DNA from: Thermoplasmata archaeon
GTDB lineage: Archaea; Thermoplasmatota; Thermoplasmata; RBG-16-68-12; JAJISG01
Direction of reading: 5' to 3'
Assembly (NCBI GenBank): GCA_046759185.1
Contig: JBHIBO010000006.1
Coordinates: 992-64,991 of the forward strand
DNA length: 64,000 nucleotides
Positions 36,368-46,552 of this stretch are shown in pieces; the first letter of the stretch is position 1; each line of letters opens with the position of its first letter. The notes beneath the pieces are model-generated. The model searched no databases. It saw nothing but the letters and a program-made list of their open reading frames with translations, and was not told the DNA's origin. The position numbers and the translations under genes were made by a program.

Positions 36368-38459
36368 GGAAGCCCGCAAGCTCGCCCAGATTCGACTCTT
36401 CAAGGAGCTTCTCCTCCCGCTGCAGATCATTGCCATCCTGGCCTTCGCCGCGTTTCTGGTGGCCAGTGCGGGCCTCTCCTCCTCCCCCCTCTACGTTCCC
36501 CTCCTGGGGGCCCTGCCCCTACTCGTCGTTGCCCTGGCCGTCATCGCCCTGGAGTTCATCATCTTCCGCTTTCTGGAGATTCGTCACGCTCCCCGGGAGG
36601 GCCAGAAGTACATCCTCGTCGACATCAGCTGGCGAAACGCCAAGAAGGCCTTCGCCATCGCCTTGTTCCTGGCCATCCTCCTCCTCATCCCCCCGGTGAA
36701 GGCCCTCACCCTGAACCTGCTCTCTCCGACCTCCCAGCGGGGTTTGGAGGCGGGAGGGACCTTCCCTCTCACGTTCAACAGCCAAGACGCGATGGGCATC
36801 AGCCACGCCGAGAACTTGCAGGTCGTCGTCCTGAGTGGCGCCCTTCGCATCCAGATTCAGGAGGGCACCGGTCCACCGAGTGGGACCGTAAACCTGACGG
36901 CGGGCCAGCAACGAACCTTTGCCCTCACGGCTACGTCCTTCGTCCCGTATACCGTCACCTTCGAGAACCTGGCTGCGAGCACGACTTCCTTCACCTACAA
37001 GGTGAACCTGGCCCTCCCTACCGGGTTCATCAACCTCGCCGCGGTCCTCATGGGAGTCGTGGCGGTATCGAACTTAGTCTGGCTCCTGTACCTCCGACCG
37101 CTCAGGGAGGCCGGTCTGAAGGCGATGCCGTCCACGATGAAGCGACGTCGCCCGACCCGTCAGCCACGGCAGGCCCGAGGCTGGCCGCCCAGGCAACCCC
37201 CGGTCCCGCGACGACCCATCGCCTGGCGGTGGCCCTGGCAGCCCGGTCAGGTCCCCCGCTACCCCGTACCGCGGGGATGGAACCCCGCCTACGGACCCTA
37301 CGCGGCCTACCCCCCGCCCCAGGCCCTCCGTCGACCCGCCCCTCAGCCCGCGCGCCAACGCTCCCCGATGCCGGCGAGACCGGAACCTCCCGGGAAGCCC
37401 GAAGGGCCCGTCGAAGGGGAGGAGAGGGAGCTGCCACCTCCACCGGAGCAGGTAGAGCCCTACGAGGTGCCAGGTATCCCCCCTCCCGTCCCGGAGGTGC
37501 CCGATGACCCCGACCGGGCCGCCCTGAGGACGGTCGACATGGACATCAGCGGCCTCCTCGGCAAGGCGGAGGATCGAATCGCCATGGGCGAGTACAGGGA
37601 GGCCCTGGAAGACCTCGAGACCATCTTGGGCGTAGACCGAGAGAACCTCCCGGCTCTCCTGAAGAAGGCGGAACTCCTCCGGCGCGTCAACCGGCCCGGA
37701 GACGCCCTGGAGACCCTCGAGACCGTCCTGTCTCTCGATCCATGGCATCAAAGAGCGCTGTTGATGAAGGCGGGCCTCTTGGAGACCGACGGGCGATACG
37801 ACGAAGCCCTGGAGTGTTACGACGCTATCCTCTCGGGCAGTCCGGCCGTCCTCATGGCTCTCGTGCAGAAAGGAGACGTGATGGCCCGCATGGGGGAAGC
37901 CGAACTGGCGTGGGAGGCGTACCAGGAGGCGCAGCGCCTCGCCCCGGACGACCCGGACCTGCAGGAGAAAATCCGATCCATCGAGGAAGGCCAAGACTCG
38001 GCGCTGGATCCCGAGAGCCCGGAGTTCCACCTCAAGAAAGCGCAAGCCGCGGCCCGAGCCGGAAAGCTCGAGGAAGCCCTTCGCCTGTCCGAGGGGGCCG
38101 CCGAGGCCTTGTCCGAAGACCCTCAGCTGTGGGCCTTCAAGGGCGCCTTGGAGCAGGACTTGGGTCTCCAGGGACCGGCCATCGCCAGCCTCCGGCACGC
38201 CACGGAGCTCGACCCCAAGGACGAAGAGTCCGTTCGTCGGCTCGAGGGCCTGCAGCGGAAGGCCCAGGACCAGATCGACTTGGAGAAGGCCCTGCGGGAG
38301 ATCGAGGGCCTCGCCCCTGAAGTCGTGACGGGCATCGCGGAGGAGTTTCGGAGCCTCCGGAAGTTGAAGCGAGTGAAGGTCAAGACCTTGGCCTCCCTGG
38401 AGGGGGTCACGGAAGGGGACGCGAAGGCCATTCTGCGGCGGATTCGCAGCGGAAGATAG
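36342..38459 (+). CDS. Membrane protein with Pro/Arg-rich linker, TPR array and C-terminal tandem helix-hairpin-helix
   Basis: Several TM helices; Pro-rich segment; ~6 TPR-like repeats; LREIEGL.......I...F.SL..L......LASLEGV....A..I. Confidence 0.75.
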   Translation: MQPKEGLPKEARKLAQIRLFKELLLPLQIIAILAFAAFLVASAGLSSSPLYVPLLGALPLLVVALAVIALEFIIFRFLEIRHAPREGQKYILVDISWRNAKKAFAIALFLAILLLIPPVKALTLNLLSPTSQRGLEAGGTFPLTFNSQDAMGISHAENLQVVVLSGALRIQIQEGTGPPSGTVNLTAGQQRTFALTATSFVPYTVTFENLAASTTSFTYKVNLALPTGFINLAAVLMGVVAVSNLVWLLYLRPLREAGLKAMPSTMKRRRPTRQPRQARGWPPRQPPVPRRPIAWRWPWQPGQVPRYPVPRGWNPAYGPYAAYPPPQALRRPAPQPARQRSPMPARPEPPGKPEGPVEGEERELPPPPEQVEPYEVPGIPPPVPEVPDDPDRAALRTVDMDISGLLGKAEDRIAMGEYREALEDLETILGVDRENLPALLKKAELLRRVNRPGDALETLETVLSLDPWHQRALLMKAGLLETDGRYDEALECYDAILSGSPAVLMALVQKGDVMARMGEAELAWEAYQEAQRLAPDDPDLQEKIRSIEEGQDSALDPESPEFHLKKAQAAARAGKLEEALRLSEGAAEALSEDPQLWAFKGALEQDLGLQGPAIASLRHATELDPKDEESVRRLEGLQRKAQDQIDLEKALREIEGLAPEVVTGIAEEFRSLRKLKRVKVKTLASLEGVTEGDAKAILRRIRSGR

Positions 38460-38490
38460 GTTTTTAGCGGAACCGCGTTTGGTTGCGACC

Positions 38491-38718
38491 GTGAAGGCCT
38501 TCCGCATCCGCGGGACGTTTCTTATGGGCCGCAACCGACAGCCCTTCAGCCAGGAGGTCGCCGCCGTCTCCCAGGAGGAAGCCGTGCAATGGGTCCTCTC
38601 GGAGCTAGGGAGTAAGCATCGGACCAAACGGAGGGACATCACGATTCAAGAGGTCTCGGAGGTGCCCCGGGACCAGGTCGAGGACTCCGTGGTGGCCTAC
38701 CGGGTCCAGGAGGGTTGA
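38491..38718 (+). CDS. rpl18a: 50S ribosomal protein L18Ae (L20A/LX)
   Basis: F.I.G.F..G...QPF..EV.A....A...V.S.LGSKHR.KR..I.I. Confidence 0.92.
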   Translation: MKAFRIRGTFLMGRNRQPFSQEVAAVSQEEAVQWVLSELGSKHRTKRRDITIQEVSEVPRDQVEDSVVAYRVQEG

Positions 38719-38719
38719 C

Positions 38720-39163
38720 GTGGCGGAGGATGTGGGACTCCAGCAGGCGGTGACCGCCCTCGAGACGACCCGGGCCCAACTCGAGGCTCTCACGCGGCAG
38801 GAAGAGGCCCTGCGCTACTCCCTCCAAGAGTACACGCGGGCCCGGGACACCATGGAGAAGTACCAGGGCTCCCCCGTTGGGACGGAGATCTTGGTCCCCA
38901 TCGGCGCGAACTCCTTCCTCTTCGCCCAGATCACCGACGTCGAGCGTGCCATCGTGGGCCTGGGAGCCGAGGTCGCCCTCGACGACAGCATCGAGTCGGC
39001 CATCGAACGGCTGGACACCCGGATCCGACAGCTCACCACGGTCCAAGAGGACCTGCTACGGCGCATCGGCGCCATGGAGGGCCAGGCCAACGACCAGGCC
39101 GCGGTCGTTCAAACGGCCTACGAGCAGGCCCAGAACGAACCCGGGGAGCGAGAGGGTGTTTGA
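38720..39163 (+). CDS. pfdA: Prefoldin subunit alpha
   Basis: Coiled coils flanking EILVPIGA.SF....I......IVG.GA.V; between rpl18a and ftsY. Confidence 0.92.
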   Translation: MAEDVGLQQAVTALETTRAQLEALTRQEEALRYSLQEYTRARDTMEKYQGSPVGTEILVPIGANSFLFAQITDVERAIVGLGAEVALDDSIESAIERLDTRIRQLTTVQEDLLRRIGAMEGQANDQAAVVQTAYEQAQNEPGEREGV

Positions 39164-40094
39164 GACCCTTCGCAGGAAGCTCCTGGGGTGGAAGGACAAG
39201 GCCCCGGAGGACCTCGACGAGCTCGTCTCGGAGACTTCGGGGAAGAAGATTAAGCGGGCGGCCCTAGACCGCTACCTCGCCGATCTGGAGATCGCTCTCC
39301 TAGAGTCCGACGTCGCCCTCGACGTCGTGTCGGGCATCACCCAGTCCATGGAGGAGGAGCTTCTGGGGAAGCGCATCTCTCGGGAGACGAACTTCCGGAA
39401 TGGCCTGTGGGAAGCCCTCCGTCGATCGGTTCGAGACGCCTTGGAGGTCCCGACCATTGACCTGCTCGCCTTCGTGAAGGAGGCGGAGAAGCCCGTCATC
39501 CTCATGTTCGTGGGGGTCAATGGTACCGGCAAGACTACGGTCATCGCCAAGTTGACCCACCTCTTCCAATCCGAACGTCTCACGTGCGTCCTGGCCGCCG
39601 GCGACACCTTCCGCGCCGGGGCCATCGAGCAGCTGGCGGTCCACGCCGAGCGCCTCGGAGTTAAGCTCGTCGCCCACGAGGCGCGGAGCGACCCTGCTGC
39701 CGTCGCCTTCGACGCCGTGGCCCACGCGCGGGCTCGTCATCGGGACGTCGTCCTCATCGACACCGCGGGCCGGATGCAGACCAAGGCCAACCTCATGGAG
39801 CAGATGAAGAAGATCAAGCGGGTCACGAAGCCTGATCTGGTCCTCTTCGTGGGCGACGCCCTCACGGGGAACGACGCCGTGGAGCAGGCCAAGGGTTTCG
39901 AGGCGGCAGTGGGCATCGACGGCGTCATCCTCACCAAGGTGGACGCTGACGCCAAGGGAGGCGCGGCCCTGAGCGTGGCCCAGGCTGTGGGTCGGCCCGT
40001 CCTCTACCTGGGGAACGGGCAGGAATACGATGACCTCGTGCCTTTCAACTCATCCTGGATGGTCGACCGTCTCCTGGGCCCTACCCCAACGTGA
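39156..40094 (+). CDS. ftsY: SRP receptor FtsY
   Basis: LLESDVA, GVNGTGKTT, DTFRAGAIEQL, DTAGR, TKVDADAKGG. Confidence 0.96.
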   Translation: MFETLRRKLLGWKDKAPEDLDELVSETSGKKIKRAALDRYLADLEIALLESDVALDVVSGITQSMEEELLGKRISRETNFRNGLWEALRRSVRDALEVPTIDLLAFVKEAEKPVILMFVGVNGTGKTTVIAKLTHLFQSERLTCVLAAGDTFRAGAIEQLAVHAERLGVKLVAHEARSDPAAVAFDAVAHARARHRDVVLIDTAGRMQTKANLMEQMKKIKRVTKPDLVLFVGDALTGNDAVEQAKGFEAAVGIDGVILTKVDADAKGGAALSVAQAVGRPVLYLGNGQEYDDLVPFNSSWMVDRLLGPTPT

Positions 40095-40764
40095 GTCGTC
40101 GCTTCACGAGGAAGCGGAGGTTCTCCCACCCGTCGGCGAAGGACCGAATCTTCGCCTCTCCAATTCGGGACCGGTAGTGAATCGGGACCTCGGAAAAACG
40201 CAGGCCCTGGGCCAGGACTTCGAGCTTCAGCTCCTCGGAGAACGGCATCCCGTCGCTCTCCACGTGGAGGCGGTCCAGAATGGCACGACGAAACACCCAC
40301 ATCCCCGACTGGGAGTCCCGTAAACGGACGCCGTACAGGAGCGCTGCGGTCTTGTTCAACAGGGCATTCCCGATGCGATGATGCGCCTCCATGACCTCGG
40401 GTTCCAGGTACGCCAGTCGATCGCAGGAGACGAAGTCCCATCCCTCCCCATCCAGCAGGGCCACGATGCGAGGAATCTCGTGGGCGGGATAGGTCCAATC
40501 GGCGTCCAGCGTCGCAATCAGGTCCCCGCTCGCCGCCGCAAAGCCCGTCTTGTAGGCCCGACCGTACCCCCGGCGGTCTTCCGGGACAACGCGTGCGCCC
40601 TTTTCCGTTGCGATGGCCACGGTTCCGTCTTCTGACAGGGTGTCCACGACGAGGATCTCGTACGTCGATTCGGTTCCCCCCAGTGTCTCGTGGATCTCGT
40701 CCAAGACCCGACCGATGGAGGCCTCCTCGTTCCGGGTGGGGATGACGACAGAGATGTGGACCAT
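40081..40764 (-). CDS. Glycosyltransferase family 2 (Dol-P-mannose synthase-like)
   Basis: SVVIPT.NEE, VVD..S.DGT, GYG.A...G, LDAD.TY, D.QSGM, R.GE.KI. Confidence 0.9.
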   Translation of the reverse strand: MVHISVVIPTRNEEASIGRVLDEIHETLGGTESTYEILVVDTLSEDGTVAIATEKGARVVPEDRRGYGRAYKTGFAAASGDLIATLDADWTYPAHEIPRIVALLDGEGWDFVSCDRLAYLEPEVMEAHHRIGNALLNKTAALLYGVRLRDSQSGMWVFRRAILDRLHVESDGMPFSEELKLEVLAQGLRFSEVPIHYRSRIGEAKIRSFADGWENLRFLVKRRLTLG

Positions 40765-40812
40765 GGCGGCGGAGTGCCTACCTTCAGGCGTGTTAAAGAG
40801 GTTCGCCTCTCG

Positions 40813-41601
40813 TTATCTGGCACGCCAAGGGGGCTCCCCGAAGAACTTGTAGCCGACGTACCCCAACAGCGCCAGGAAGAGGCGGGCGAGGCCCCAGAAA
40901 GTCATCCGGCGACGGGCCATCTCTAGGGGACTGTACCGACTCCACAGGCTGCCATGCTTCAAGGTCAGTTGCTTGCGCCCGGCGCCGTTCCAGAAGGCCT
41001 GTCGGAAGAAGTCGTAGACGGAGGCCCGCGTTCGATGATAGACGATGGCCTTGGATTCGTAGAGGACCCCGTGACCCTCCTTCACGGCTCGCAGGTTCAT
41101 GTCGATGTCCTCGGCCGTGATGAACCAGGGGTCGAAGCCGCCGATGCCTCGCAGGGTGTCCTTCCGATAGGCGAGGTTTGCACTGGGGTAGGTGATGTCG
41201 GAGCCCCGGTAGATGAGCTCCACCCTCTCCAGCTCTTCGAACGGACGGTACCCGATCTGGATGGTCCGCCCGGCCACTACGTCCGATCGGTCCAGTCCCT
41301 CTCGGAGGTGCTTCAGCCAGAAGGGGTTCGCAATGCAGTCAGCGTCAATGAAGGCGATGGCGTCGCCTCCGGCCATGCGGATGCCATGGTTTCGGCTCTC
41401 CCCTCGAGTCCCGCCATGGTTCGCGAGGCGGATGAAACCGTATCGGGACGCGTACTCGCCCACGATGTCCCGGGTCCCGTCCTCGCTGTTCGAGTCGACC
41501 ACGATAATCTCGAGGGGGGCCTCTTGGGTGACGAGACTGTCAAGGAGGTCCGCGATGTTGTGTTCCTCGTTCCGTGAGGTCACCAGGACGCTGACGAGCA
41601 C
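40813..41601 (-). CDS. Glycosyltransferase family 2
   Basis: SV....RNEE, IVVD..S.DGT, RN.G, FIDADC, GGFD......EDID. Confidence 0.9.
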   Translation of the reverse strand: MLVSVLVTSRNEEHNIADLLDSLVTQEAPLEIIVVDSNSEDGTRDIVGEYASRYGFIRLANHGGTRGESRNHGIRMAGGDAIAFIDADCIANPFWLKHLREGLDRSDVVAGRTIQIGYRPFEELERVELIYRGSDITYPSANLAYRKDTLRGIGGFDPWFITAEDIDMNLRAVKEGHGVLYESKAIVYHRTRASVYDFFRQAFWNGAGRKQLTLKHGSLWSRYSPLEMARRRMTFWGLARLFLALLGYVGYKFFGEPPWRAR

Positions 41602-41716
41602 GGTTCCTCTGAGACCGAGACGTGTTATGACCTTTCCTCTGCCTTTCCCTTCCTTGAGAATCGGGTCCTGCACTCATGAGGGAGGCTTTATCCGATACAA
41701 TCCTGGTCCGACCTCC

Positions 41717-42838
41717 GTGGACGTCTCTGTGGTCGTGGGCACCCGGCCCGAGATCGTGAAGATGGCGCCCGTCGTGCTGTCGCTCCGAGAGGCTGGGGTC
41801 CCCTTGTCGTTGGTTCACACAGGCCAGCATTACGACCAGGAGTTGTCCGAGGTCTTTCTCGGAGAGCTGGGGCTCGGCTCCCCCGACGCCGTTCTCGCTG
41901 TGGGTTCCGGGACACAGGCCAAACAGACTGCCGACGCTCTGACGCGGCTGGAGTCCCACTTCACCGAGCACACACCCCTCCTCATCCTGGTCGAAGGAGA
42001 TACGAACACGGTCCTGGCGGCCGCCCTGGCGGGAGCGAAGAGGGGGATCGATGTGGGGCATGTAGAAGCCGGTCTACGAAGCCATGACCTGCGGATGCCG
42101 GAGGAGCACAACCGACGGTTGACGGACCACCTCTCGTCCTACCTCTTCGCCCCCACGGATGTGGCGGCCAAGAACCTGCGGCAGGAAGCCGTCTGGGGTT
42201 CCATCTGGATCACCGGAAACACGGTCATCGATGCGACGACCCGGTATCTCCCCCTTGCAGAGGCGCGCTCGAAGGTTATGGACCTCGTTCCATTCGAGGA
42301 GTTCTGCCTCGTGACGGCTCACCGGGCCGAGAACGTCGATGACCCAGGGACCCTCCGGGAACTGGCCGACTTGCTCCGGAAGGCCCCGCTCCCGGTCGTC
42401 TACCCCGTCCACCCCAGGACCGAGACGCGACTGGGGGAGGCGGGGCTCTACGGGAAGCTTCAGGATTCGGAGAACGTCCAGGTCCTCCCACCCCTCGGCT
42501 ACTTCGACTTCCTTGTCTTGATGAAGGAATCCACCTTCATCCTCACGGACTCGGGGGGCATCCAGGAGGAGGCGACCTCGCCTGGCATCCAGAAGAAAGT
42601 CTTCGTCTTCCGTCATAGCACGGAACGTCCAGAGGCCGTGGCCGCAGGCTATGCGAGGGTGGTCGGAACCACCGCCAGCAAGGCGATTCTCGCCATGAAG
42701 GAGTACTTGGACGATCCCGATCCGCCCACTGCGCCGAGCCCGTACGGGAGCGGAACCAGTGGTGCCCAGATTGCGTCGTTAGTGCAAGAGATCCTCGCAG
42801 GCGGACCCGGCCCCATGCGAAGAGCGGGCCCTTCGTGA
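41717..42838 (+). CDS. wecB: UDP-N-acetylglucosamine 2-epimerase (non-hydrolysing)
   Basis: GTRPEIVKMAP, HTGQHY, GDT.T, HVEAGLRS, PEE.NR, TDSGGIQEEA, TERPE. Confidence 0.95.
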   Translation: MDVSVVVGTRPEIVKMAPVVLSLREAGVPLSLVHTGQHYDQELSEVFLGELGLGSPDAVLAVGSGTQAKQTADALTRLESHFTEHTPLLILVEGDTNTVLAAALAGAKRGIDVGHVEAGLRSHDLRMPEEHNRRLTDHLSSYLFAPTDVAAKNLRQEAVWGSIWITGNTVIDATTRYLPLAEARSKVMDLVPFEEFCLVTAHRAENVDDPGTLRELADLLRKAPLPVVYPVHPRTETRLGEAGLYGKLQDSENVQVLPPLGYFDFLVLMKESTFILTDSGGIQEEATSPGIQKKVFVFRHSTERPEAVAAGYARVVGTTASKAILAMKEYLDDPDPPTAPSPYGSGTSGAQIASLVQEILAGGPGPMRRAGPS

Positions 42839-42958
42839 CGGTCCGGAAACGCTTTTATAGGGACCTGTAATCTACGGGCCGCTCCGCGAGGGGCCTTCGT
42901 CAGATGGGATGGATGGGATGCGTCCGAGGCGACGTTATCGTGGTTAGGGGGTCGCTTC

Positions 42959-45900
42959 TTGTTTCTCAAGGAAATCGAGCTGGAGAACTTCAAGTCCTTT
43001 GGCCGACGCCTCCGGCTGCCCATCCTGTCGGGCTATACCGCCATCACCGGACCGAACGGGAGCGGGAAGAGCAACATTAGCGACGCCGTCATCTTCGTCC
43101 TCGGTCCCAAGAGCTCCCGGGTCATCCGAGCGGGACGACTCACCGATCTCATCTACGACGGCGGAAAGGGGGGCAAGCCGGCGGCGTACTGCCGGGTCTC
43201 CCTGGTCTTCGAGAACGCCGACCGCGCCATTCCCATCGAGGCCGACGAGGTCCGGTTAACCCGGTACGTCGGCCGCTCCCCTAGCGTGAGGAACGGCTAC
43301 AACTCCTACTTCTACGTGAACGGCCGGAAAGCGACCCTCGCCGACTTCGATGACCTCCTGGCAGACGCCAGGATCTCGGCCGAGGGCTACAACATCGTCC
43401 AGCAGGGAGACGTCCAAGGCATCGTGGACATGACCCCAGTCGAGAGGCGCAGGCTCCTCGAGGACATCGCTGGAATCTCCCGTTTCGATGAGGACATTCA
43501 GCGGGCTGAGCGGAAAAGGCAGGGGGTCGAGGAGGACCTCGGAGCCATCGAGATCATTCTCAAGGAGATCCGTCGCCAGCTCCACCAACTCGAGCGGGAC
43601 CGTGAGGGGGCTCTCCGTTACCGGGAATTGCAGGAAGGGCTGGAGATGGCCCGCGGCCAGAAGGCCCACAAGGAGATTCAGCTGCTCCAGGGGCAGCTCG
43701 CCTCGGCCGGCGAACAAGTCCAGCGGTACGAGATCGAGCGTGAGGAGTGGAGGACGGAGTTGGGCCGCCTTCGGGAGGACCTCGGCGAGGCGGAGAAGCG
43801 GCTCCAGGCTCTGGAGGAGCGGCTCGCCGAGGAGGGTGGGGAAGAGTTTCAATCCCTCCGGACGAAGCTGGATGACCTTCGCATCGAGCGAGCCCGCGCC
43901 CAGGACGCCAAAGAGAGGGCGAAAGAACGACGGAAGGAATTGCGGGCCGAGACGTCCCGTCTCAGGCGAGACGTGAAAAAGGTGGTCGGTGAGCTGGAAA
44001 CCCTCGAGACCCGGGAGCGGGAATCGCAGGAAGAACTCCAGAGACTTGCCCAGGCCATCGAGTCCAAGGAGACACAGATCACCGAAGTGGAGGCGGGGGC
44101 TTCGAAGGCCGATGCACGGGTCCTGAAGCTTCAGAAGGCCGCCGTGGCCCTTGATCTGGAGATCGACGAGGACGACGCCGTCTGCAAGGGATTGGTCCTG
44201 GAACGGGTGAAGCTCACGCAACAGGGCGAGCAGCTCGAGGAGCAGCTGGCACAGCTCGAGGCAGAGAAGAAGGCTCAAGAACTTGACGTGAAGGATGCCG
44301 AGTGGCAGGCAACCGAATCGATTTCGGGCTCACGGGACCAAGGCAAAGCGAGGCGGAAGCTGAAGAAACGCGCCGAGGACTTGGAGCGCGAACGTGGCAA
44401 CCTGGCCCAGGAGTCGTCCGAGCTGGAGAGTGCGATTCGGACTCTATCGCGCGAGCGAAGTCAACTCCAAGCCGAATCGGAGGCCGCGGAGAACATCCGG
44501 AAGGGATACAACCGAGCCGTCTCCTCGATCCTCCAGGCCCGAGAAGAGGGGAGACTGGAGGGGGTTCACGGCACAGTGGCAGAACTCGGGCGCGTGGAAG
44601 CAAAATTCGAGCGGGCACTTCAGGTGGCGGCCGCAGGCCGACTGCAGGCCATCGTGGTCGAGGACGACGGCGTGGCGGCCCGTGCCATCGAGTACCTCAA
44701 ACGGCGAAAGCACGGGAGGGCTATCTTCCTCCCCCTATCCAAGATGCTACCGGGTCGACCCCGAGGGAAGGCCCTGATGGCAGTGAAGGATACCGTGGGA
44801 TTCGCGCTGGACCTGGTCTCGTTCGATGACAGATACCGGAACGCCTTCTGGTACGTCTTCGGGGACACTGTCGTCGTAGAGAACCTGGACCAGGCTCGTC
44901 GGCGCATGGGCGGTGTCCGTCTCGTCACACTCGATGGGCAACTTGTCGAGGCAAGCGGAGCCATGGTGGGAGGACACCTGGAAGACCCCATCCTTCGGTT
45001 CGGGAGGGGATCGGCGGGAGACCTCGAACGCGTGGTAGGGGAATTGGAGCAGGCCTCCAAGGCTCTGAAGAGGGTCCGAGAGCGTCTGGATGAGGTCGTA
45101 AAGGAACTCGAAGACTCCGAGAGGCGCCTCAAGGAGGCCCGCGAAGCCGAGGAACGCGAGAAGTCGCATTGGGACCTGATTGAGGGCCAGAAAAACCAAC
45201 TGCTGACGCGGGTCGAGGCTACGGACGTCGCCATTGTGGAGAAGACCCAGGTAAGGGACCAGGTCGCCCTCGAGCGCGAAGCCATCCTAACGCGGCTTAA
45301 GGAGGCCGAGATGAAGCTCACTGACGCCCAGGCGCGTCGGAAGGAGGTTCGTGTCGCGTTGGGCGAGGTCACGCCGGAACGTGTCACACAGAAACTCCGG
45401 AAGCTCCAGGGCGAGCGGATGAACCTCCTGGAGCGACGCAACCGATTGGAGTCGGAGCGGGAGACCCTGAGGAGTCAAATCGCCCTCAAAGCAGAGCGTC
45501 GAGACGAGTTCGAGGGGCAAGCCATCCAGGACAAGGAGGAAGCATCGGATCAGGAGAGGCGCTCCCGGGAGAGCGAGGAGGCCCTCGCGAGCCTTCACGA
45601 GGAGATCTTAGCCCTCGAGAAACTCCAATCGAGTACGCTGTCCCAGGCCAAGGAAGTCCAGAACAAACGGGACCACGCCTTCCGGGAGAAGACTCGGATC
45701 GAGGCGGAGATGGCCAAGGCAGAGAGCAAGCTGGAGACCACGGAGGACTTTCTCACGGGCCTGGAAACGCAGATTGCTAGCCTCCAGGCGCAGATCGGAG
45801 AGGCCGAGGACCGGGCCGAGGAGCTCGGCACGCCCGCGGAGCCGCTTCCCTCCATGAAGGAGGTCGACGCGGAGGTAGCCCGGTGCGAGAAGGCCCTCAA

Positions 45901-46552
45901 CGCGATTGGTGCGGTGAACCTACGTGCCCTGGAGGATTACGAGGCCCAGGAGGCCCGCCAGAACGAGCTCAACGAGGAACTGAAGCGGATGCGGAAGGAG
46001 CGGCAGGACCTGCTCCGTCTCGTGGGGGAGTTGGAGACGAAGAAGAGGCAGGGTCTCCTCGAGGTCTTCCACGCTTTGCACGCGAACTTCATCGGCGTCT
46101 ACGCGGAGATTTCTGAGGGGGGCGAGGCGGACTTGCAGCTGGAGGACGAGGAGGACCCCTTTGCGGGCGGCCTCCTCATCAAAGCGCGGCCTCCCGAGAA
46201 ACGGTTTCACCGGCTCGAGGCCCTCTCCGGAGGCGAGAAGAGCCTCGTCTCCATGGCCTTTATCTTCGCCCTCCAACGGCACGATCCCTCCCCTTTCTAC
46301 CTCCTGGATGAGGTCGATCAGAACCTCGACGCGGTCAATGCCGAGAGGGTTGCCAGGATGGTCCGCAGCAACGCCAGCTCGGCCCAGTTCGTCCAGATCT
46401 CCCTTCGGAAGGTGAGCCTAAAGGAGGCCGATCACATCGTGGGGGTCACCATGGGCCCGAAGGGCGTTTCCAAGGTGATCATGCAGGTGAACCTGGACGA
46501 GGTGCTGGAGGAGGAAATCCCGCAGGCCGAGGCCACGGAGGCCGCAGCCTAA
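42959..46552 (+). CDS. smc: Chromosome segregation protein SMC
   Basis: Walker A GPNGSGKS, Q-loop IVQQGD, hinge (GVHG.V..LG, GRA.FLPL, VTLDG), LSGGEKS, LLDEVD. Confidence 0.98.
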   Translation: MFLKEIELENFKSFGRRLRLPILSGYTAITGPNGSGKSNISDAVIFVLGPKSSRVIRAGRLTDLIYDGGKGGKPAAYCRVSLVFENADRAIPIEADEVRLTRYVGRSPSVRNGYNSYFYVNGRKATLADFDDLLADARISAEGYNIVQQGDVQGIVDMTPVERRRLLEDIAGISRFDEDIQRAERKRQGVEEDLGAIEIILKEIRRQLHQLERDREGALRYRELQEGLEMARGQKAHKEIQLLQGQLASAGEQVQRYEIEREEWRTELGRLREDLGEAEKRLQALEERLAEEGGEEFQSLRTKLDDLRIERARAQDAKERAKERRKELRAETSRLRRDVKKVVGELETLETRERESQEELQRLAQAIESKETQITEVEAGASKADARVLKLQKAAVALDLEIDEDDAVCKGLVLERVKLTQQGEQLEEQLAQLEAEKKAQELDVKDAEWQATESISGSRDQGKARRKLKKRAEDLERERGNLAQESSELESAIRTLSRERSQLQAESEAAENIRKGYNRAVSSILQAREEGRLEGVHGTVAELGRVEAKFERALQVAAAGRLQAIVVEDDGVAARAIEYLKRRKHGRAIFLPLSKMLPGRPRGKALMAVKDTVGFALDLVSFDDRYRNAFWYVFGDTVVVENLDQARRRMGGVRLVTLDGQLVEASGAMVGGHLEDPILRFGRGSAGDLERVVGELEQASKALKRVRERLDEVVKELEDSERRLKEAREAEEREKSHWDLIEGQKNQLLTRVEATDVAIVEKTQVRDQVALEREAILTRLKEAEMKLTDAQARRKEVRVALGEVTPERVTQKLRKLQGERMNLLERRNRLESERETLRSQIALKAERRDEFEGQAIQDKEEASDQERRSRESEEALASLHEEILALEKLQSSTLSQAKEVQNKRDHAFREKTRIEAEMAKAESKLETTEDFLTGLETQIASLQAQIGEAEDRAEELGTPAEPLPSMKEVDAEVARCEKALNAIGAVNLRALEDYEAQEARQNELNEELKRMRKERQDLLRLVGELETKKRQGLLEVFHALHANFIGVYAEISEGGEADLQLEDEEDPFAGGLLIKARPPEKRFHRLEALSGGEKSLVSMAFIFALQRHDPSPFYLLDEVDQNLDAVNAERVARMVRSNASSAQFVQISLRKVSLKEADHIVGVTMGPKGVSKVIMQVNLDEVLEEEIPQAEATEAAA

